Shown: positions 8,495-11,558 of the stretch, piece after piece | Layout: each line of letters opens with the position of its first letter | Numbering within the stretch: position 1 is the first letter of the stretch | Assembly: GCA_045105515.1 (NCBI GenBank) | Contig: JBGCDR010000284.1 | Span: forward strand, 1-11,558 | Reading direction: 5' to 3' | DNA length: 11,558 nucleotides | Source of the DNA: Oligoflexales bacterium | Lineage (GTDB): Bacteria; Bdellovibrionota_B; Oligoflexia; Oligoflexales; Bog-1112 | Notes under the pieces: generated by a model | Database searches by the model: none | Seen by the model: the letters and a program-made list of their open reading frames with translations, nothing else | Told to the model about the DNA's origin: nothing | Made by a program: the position numbers and the translations under genes

Positions 8495-8845
8495 ATGTTT
8501 AAAAATATATTGGTTCCTTTATCTATTTTGCTTTCATACTCACCTCAATGTTTTTCCAAGATTATTGAAATCCCACTGATAGCTTGTGACGCTATTTTCT
8601 TTGATAGCTCAGAAAGTGGCTTAATGGATGAAAGTGAGAAAGAAGAGCTTAAGGATGGCATTGGGTATTTCTTCTTGTCAGATATCGCGCCCGATCTTTT
8701 GAAAATGGGAATTCCATGGACTCACAAGAAAGAACAGAACATTCACGATTTGTTTCATACATTTCTAAAAACTTTTGCAAATGATAGCGAAATATTCCTA
8801 TTGAAAGTGGATGCCGAGGATTCATATAGTGATTTGGATGAATAA
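8495..8845 (+). CDS. Hypothetical acidic protein with a predicted signal peptide (116 aa, possibly truncated)
   Basis: GAGGA upstream of the ATG. N-terminus MFKNILVPLSILLSYSPQCFS is signal-like; the mature region is D/E-rich. Confidence 0.7.
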   Translation: MFKNILVPLSILLSYSPQCFSKIIEIPLIACDAIFFDSSESGLMDESEKEELKDGIGYFFLSDIAPDLLKMGIPWTHKKEQNIHDLFHTFLKTFANDSEIFLLKVDAEDSYSDLDE

Positions 8846-8968
8846 CTCGACTTCCCTACTCTATCCTATAGATTTCTATACCTCATAAGAATGACCCTTT
8901 GGGATCAGCTTCATAAGTTCTTTTTAGTTTATATGTGGATTTTTGAATTCATTAATTTTTAGTTTTCA

Positions 8969-9418
8969 TCAAAAATCAACATTTGGTTCATTCTTACAAA
9001 AATCATAATGTTCATTATTAGCCAAGCTAGCGTCATTTACATAACTACTTCTTTCACCTTGAAAGATAAAATATGCTAATATCCCAGGAACTACATATAG
9101 CAGATAACCTGCCCCTATAATCATATTCTTTTGACCCTTAACTGAGTTCCACATTGATTTTATTTCTGCTGATTTTTGATATGCTTCCACATCACAAACT
9201 TCCTCAGCCTCAGGTCTTATACAACTAACACCACTATCCCTAGTCCTCTCTGTTTCAGAATGTAAACCCGAAACAGCTCTAGGCGAAGCCGAATTTTGAG
9301 CAGTTTCTCCTAGGGCTAGCCCATCCTCAGCGCACACTTCCTTGTTAGAGTATGGAATACTAGTAACACAAGATGTCATGCATATTAAACTTACCAATAA
9401 TTCAAAACATTTTTTCAT
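8969..9418 (-). CDS. Hypothetical lipoprotein with an internal hydrophobic helix (149 aa)
   Basis: AAAAGGGAAAAC before the ATG. MKK, hydrophobic stretch and MTS-C lipobox; internal segment MIIGAGYLLYVVPGILAYFIF; four further Cys. Confidence 0.85.
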   Translation of the reverse strand: MKKCFELLVSLICMTSCVTSIPYSNKEVCAEDGLALGETAQNSASPRAVSGLHSETERTRDSGVSCIRPEAEEVCDVEAYQKSAEIKSMWNSVKGQKNMIIGAGYLLYVVPGILAYFIFQGERSSYVNDASLANNEHYDFCKNEPNVDF

Positions 9419-9509
9419 GTTTTCCCTTTTTAATTATCTTCTATATGCATAATATACCAAATATTTATATACTAGAAGGGAAACTCTAGCATGAATAAGA
9501 AGATCCAAG

Positions 9510-9529
9510 AGGGTACAAATTTTTACCCT
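9510..9529. promoter_or_regulatory. Near-perfect 20-bp palindrome (operator-like)
   Basis: AGGGTACAAATTTTTACCCT has one mismatched pair and lies about 90 bp upstream of the 9418 start. Confidence 0.35.
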
Positions 9530-9600
9530 TTAAGATCACACAACATCTCAAATAAAAAGTCTAATTCGGGCTTGATTAAGCAAACCAATAATCATGCCAA

Positions 9601-9640
9601 CCCTCGTCCTTAAAAAGTTTTTTAATATAAAAGACGAGGG
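9601..9640. repeat. Inverted repeat CCCTCGTC / GACGAGGG with an AT-rich 24-nt loop
   Basis: CCCTCGTC at 9601-9608 and GACGAGGG at 9633-9640. Confidence 0.7.
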
Positions 9641-9646
9641 ATAAGA

Positions 9647-9689
9647 TTGCCGCTCCCCCCGGATTAATCCGGGGGATTCTTGGGCTTAA
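9647..9689 (-). mobile_element. Orphan IS200/IS605-like right-end hairpin (no transposase or tnpB in the window)
   Basis: Perfect 20-bp palindrome CCCCCGGATTAATCCGGGGG at 9656-9675. The minus strand reads AAGAATCCCCCGGATTAATCCGGGGGGAGCGGCAA, which resembles the GAATCCCC...GGGGAG-N(2-5)-TCAA pattern I recall for IS605/IS1341-group right ends, here with GCAA instead of TCAA. Confidence 0.5.
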
Positions 9690-9873
9690 CTCGTAAATTA
9701 GTCCTAGATCTGAATACAAACTGATTTGGTTTGGGTGATTACGAATTTTAATTAATATGATAATTTAATTATTTATATTCATATTTAATTTTAGTTACAT
9801 ATAGTGAGATTTAGAAGAAAGTACCTTCATATACCGTAATTTTTATTTCTAAAACCGGAACAGATCTCGGTGA

Positions 9874-10301
9874 GCAGCATCAGAAATTACCGCTGCAAGT
9901 TCTAGAACAATCGAAAAACACTTGGAAACGTAATTACAATCGGAAATGAGTTTGTCGAACCCAACTATGTTTTTCACATTGCCAGTCTTCATAAACTAAC
10001 TGGCTCAATCAACAACTTGTAAAGAACTGGATACGACACCCCTGATAAAAGGGCTGAATATGCAAAGGTAGCTTGGTACCTTCGCAGTATTGGAGCAAAG
10101 CAACATTTTTTAACAGTTCCTGCAAAAATGTCACCCCCTCGTGACAACGTGTCACCCCCTCCCACAACACAGGTGTCAAGGTTAACTCTACAAAAGCTAC
10201 TGCTAAAAAAAGATCTGCTGATATACCAAGATCTCAATCTTGCAAAACTAATCCAAAACCAAAAACCGAGGGCAAAGCCATTGACCCACCCAAGGAGCTA
10301 G
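9874..10301 (+). pseudogene. Decayed HTH-containing, phage/plasmid replication-initiator-like gene
   Basis: 9874-9933 reads AASEITAASSRTIEKHLET* (HTH-like). Another frame is open from 9906 to 10301 apart from one TAA at 10020-10022 (...FVEPNYVFHIASLHKLTGSINNL*RTGYDTPDKRAEYAKVAWYLRSIG...KMSPPRDNVSPPP...HPRS*). It contains iteron-like repeats. Confidence 0.45.
10129..10178. repeat. Iteron-like direct and inverted TGTCAC repeats
   Basis: TGTCACCCCCTC at 10129-10140 and 10150-10161 (21-bp period), with the reverse complement GTGACA at 10141-10146 between them and a further TGTCA at 10174-10178. Confidence 0.75.
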
Positions 10302-11002
10302 TGAGTGAGATTTTTAAAAAATTAGAATCAATTTCTTTATGCGATCGCTTTGCGAAAGCTCACAAGCAAGCACCGGAATCTAAGCGTTCTATCACAAGTA
10401 TTTGCTCCAATATTGCAAGATTAAGCGTCGATGGAAATGTGGATCAGATCATCGAACAGCTGAGTAAATCCCTTTCTCTGATTGAAAAATACGAATGCTT
10501 ACAAACCCCAAGACCATGCCTAAAACCACATTCCCTAGCAAGGTTGCTGTTCTTCGAAGAACTTGAAAAAAGCCTAGAAAACTCTGCAGCATTTGTGATG
10601 GATCGTATCAAAAAGAAGGGCCAAACTTATCATGAATATGACATCAAGCGAATTGCAAAAATACTTGGTATTAGCCCCAAAGGGGTCATGTCATTAATTT
10701 CGTTTCATGAAAAATCAGGCAAACCTCAAAACCTAGAAGGACGAGATAATCATAGAACGCAAACAAAGATGCACCCTAAGCCTCAAAATAAACCAAAAAC
10801 AGATGATCCTAAGCCTAAACCTAGGCCTGTTCACAAGCCTAAATCGATCGAAGAGTATGACTTAGCTATTCAAGCTCACTTCCAAAAAATGGGCCAAGAT
10901 TGTTTAGACATTTATCTCACTAATGGACGTGCATATCTAAACGACTTCCAAGACTTTCAGAACTTCTATGAAATCCACTGCAGTACAAAGGAGCTGACAT
11001 GA
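10301..11002 (+). CDS. Hypothetical basic protein with a Pro/Lys-rich linker (233 aa; start uncertain), mobile-element associated
   Basis: The GTG overlaps the upstream TAG (TAGTG), with AAGGAG only 3 nt upstream. The same frame is already open from 10145. Contains HTH-like DIKRIAKILGISPKGVMSLI and the linker HPKPQNKPKTDDPKPKPRPVHKPK; its stop overlaps the next ATG (ATGA). Confidence 0.75.
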   Translation: MSEIFKKLESISLCDRFAKAHKQAPESKRSITSICSNIARLSVDGNVDQIIEQLSKSLSLIEKYECLQTPRPCLKPHSLARLLFFEELEKSLENSAAFVMDRIKKKGQTYHEYDIKRIAKILGISPKGVMSLISFHEKSGKPQNLEGRDNHRTQTKMHPKPQNKPKTDDPKPKPRPVHKPKSIEEYDLAIQAHFQKMGQDCLDIYLTNGRAYLNDFQDFQNFYEIHCSTKELT

Positions 11003-11181
11003 GACCTCTTTTCAAGTCTGATGGTGAACCTACCCTAGACCCAAATGGCAGATGGGTTAAGAGAGCAGGGGTTCAAGTCTACCTCCATTACTGCCTTTCT
11101 AAGAAACATAGTTACGTTGACCCAAACATGGCTGAGAAATGCTGCTCATATAAAAAGGAGAAATCAAATGGCTGGAGCTAA
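10999..11181 (+). CDS. Small hypothetical protein (60 aa), possible Cys/His metal-binding motif
   Basis: AAAGGAG 5 nt before the ATG, ATGA overlap with the upstream stop and 14-nt overlap with the next gene. Motif C-x4-H-x10-CC. Confidence 0.7.
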   Translation: MRPLFKSDGEPTLDPNGRWVKRAGVQVYLHYCLSKKHSYVDPNMAEKCCSYKKEKSNGWS

Positions 11182-11558
11182 GCGTGATGCTGCTTGGTGG
11201 CGAGAATATAGGCGCAAGAAAAAGGAAAAAGAGGAAGGCACCGAAGCTAAAATCTTTGAGTTGCAACCTGAAGTAGCGCTACAACCTAGACTTGCAACTG
11301 TAGTGCAACCCAAAAGTGCAACTGCAACTGTAGTGCAATCGTCTGCAACACCATCACAACATTCTGCAATTAATAAGGAATCTGTTGCACAACACAAGGA
11401 GCCGGAAATGAATGCACCGCAACCATCTACAAAAGTAGTGCAAGCTCTGCAACAAGGTAATGCAACCATTACGCAACCTAGTGCAACGAATAGAATCGCT
11501 AGCTACCTTTGCGCAAACCCTCGACATTCATTAGCAGCCATTAGCATCATTAGCTTTG
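11168..11558 (+). CDS. Partial hypothetical protein running off the window: basic N-terminal helix, repeat-encoded low-complexity region, start of a hydrophobic segment
   Basis: Not in the supplied track because it has no stop in the window. AAGGAG at 11155-11160, ATG at 11168, 130 open codons: MAGAKRDAAWWREYRRKKKEKEEGTEAKIFELQPEVALQPRLATVVQPKSATATVVQSSATPSQHSA...SYLCANPRHSLAAISIISF. Confidence 0.85.
   Translation, partial: MAGAKRDAAWWREYRRKKKEKEEGTEAKIFELQPEVALQPRLATVVQPKSATATVVQSSATPSQHSAINKESVAQHKEPEMNAPQPSTKVVQALQQGNATITQPSATNRIASYLCANPRHSLAAISIISF
11260..11487 (+). repeat. Array of TGCAAC motifs inside the 11168 ORF
   Basis: Exact TGCAAC at 11262, 11293, 11304, 11317, 11323, 11344, 11448, 11461 and 11482; reverse copy GTTGCA at 11384. 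One-mismatch copies at 11280, 11334, 11365, 11418, 11439 and 11472. The 16-mer TGCAACTGTAGTGCAA occurs at 11293 and 11323. Confidence 0.9.

Larger units (their letters stand above)
9874..11558 (+). mobile_element. Probable prophage/plasmid/satellite-like module, partly decayed and continuing beyond the window
   Basis: Co-oriented, overlapping small ORFs without signal peptides, several with AAGGAG sites, plus intragenic DNA repeats. This contrasts with the widely spaced exported-protein genes to the left. No integrase or virion gene is visible. Confidence 0.5.

Noticed and set aside
9989..10237. 82-aa minus-strand ORF
   Set aside because: Antisense mirror of the plus-strand frame of the decayed initiator-like gene; the neighbouring operon is on the plus strand.
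11164..11469. 101-aa Cys-rich minus-strand ORF
   Set aside because: Its Cys/Val/Ala richness comes from the GTTGCA repeat complement. The plus-strand ORF from 11168 has an RBS and operon coupling.
11260..11487. TGCAAC array considered as a CRISPR array
   Set aside because: The repeats are 6-16 bp at about 10-bp spacing inside an ORF; there are no 23-50 bp repeats with unique spacers and no cas genes.

Overview
AT-rich bacterial accessory region with no housekeeping gene, RNA gene or CRISPR array that I can recognise, and no gene symbol I can assign. It has two parts. (1) 143-9418 is a run of orphan genes that all encode predicted exported proteins. These include a 1236-aa lipoprotein with toxin/effector-like architecture, two small lipoproteins, two small secreted proteins, and a lipoprotein-like gene split by a frameshift exactly at a (TGGGGGG)3 repeat. 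(2) 9419-11558 starts with an intergenic stretch holding several palindromes, one resembling an orphan IS200/IS605 right end. A phage/plasmid-like operon follows: a decayed HTH-like gene with iteron-like TGTCAC repeats, two coupled ORFs, and a partial ORF from 11168 that is missing from the supplied track. That last ORF carries a roughly helically phased array of TGCAAC motifs right after a basic 'WWREYRRKKK' helix. All functions are inferred from motifs read by eye; no database search was run.
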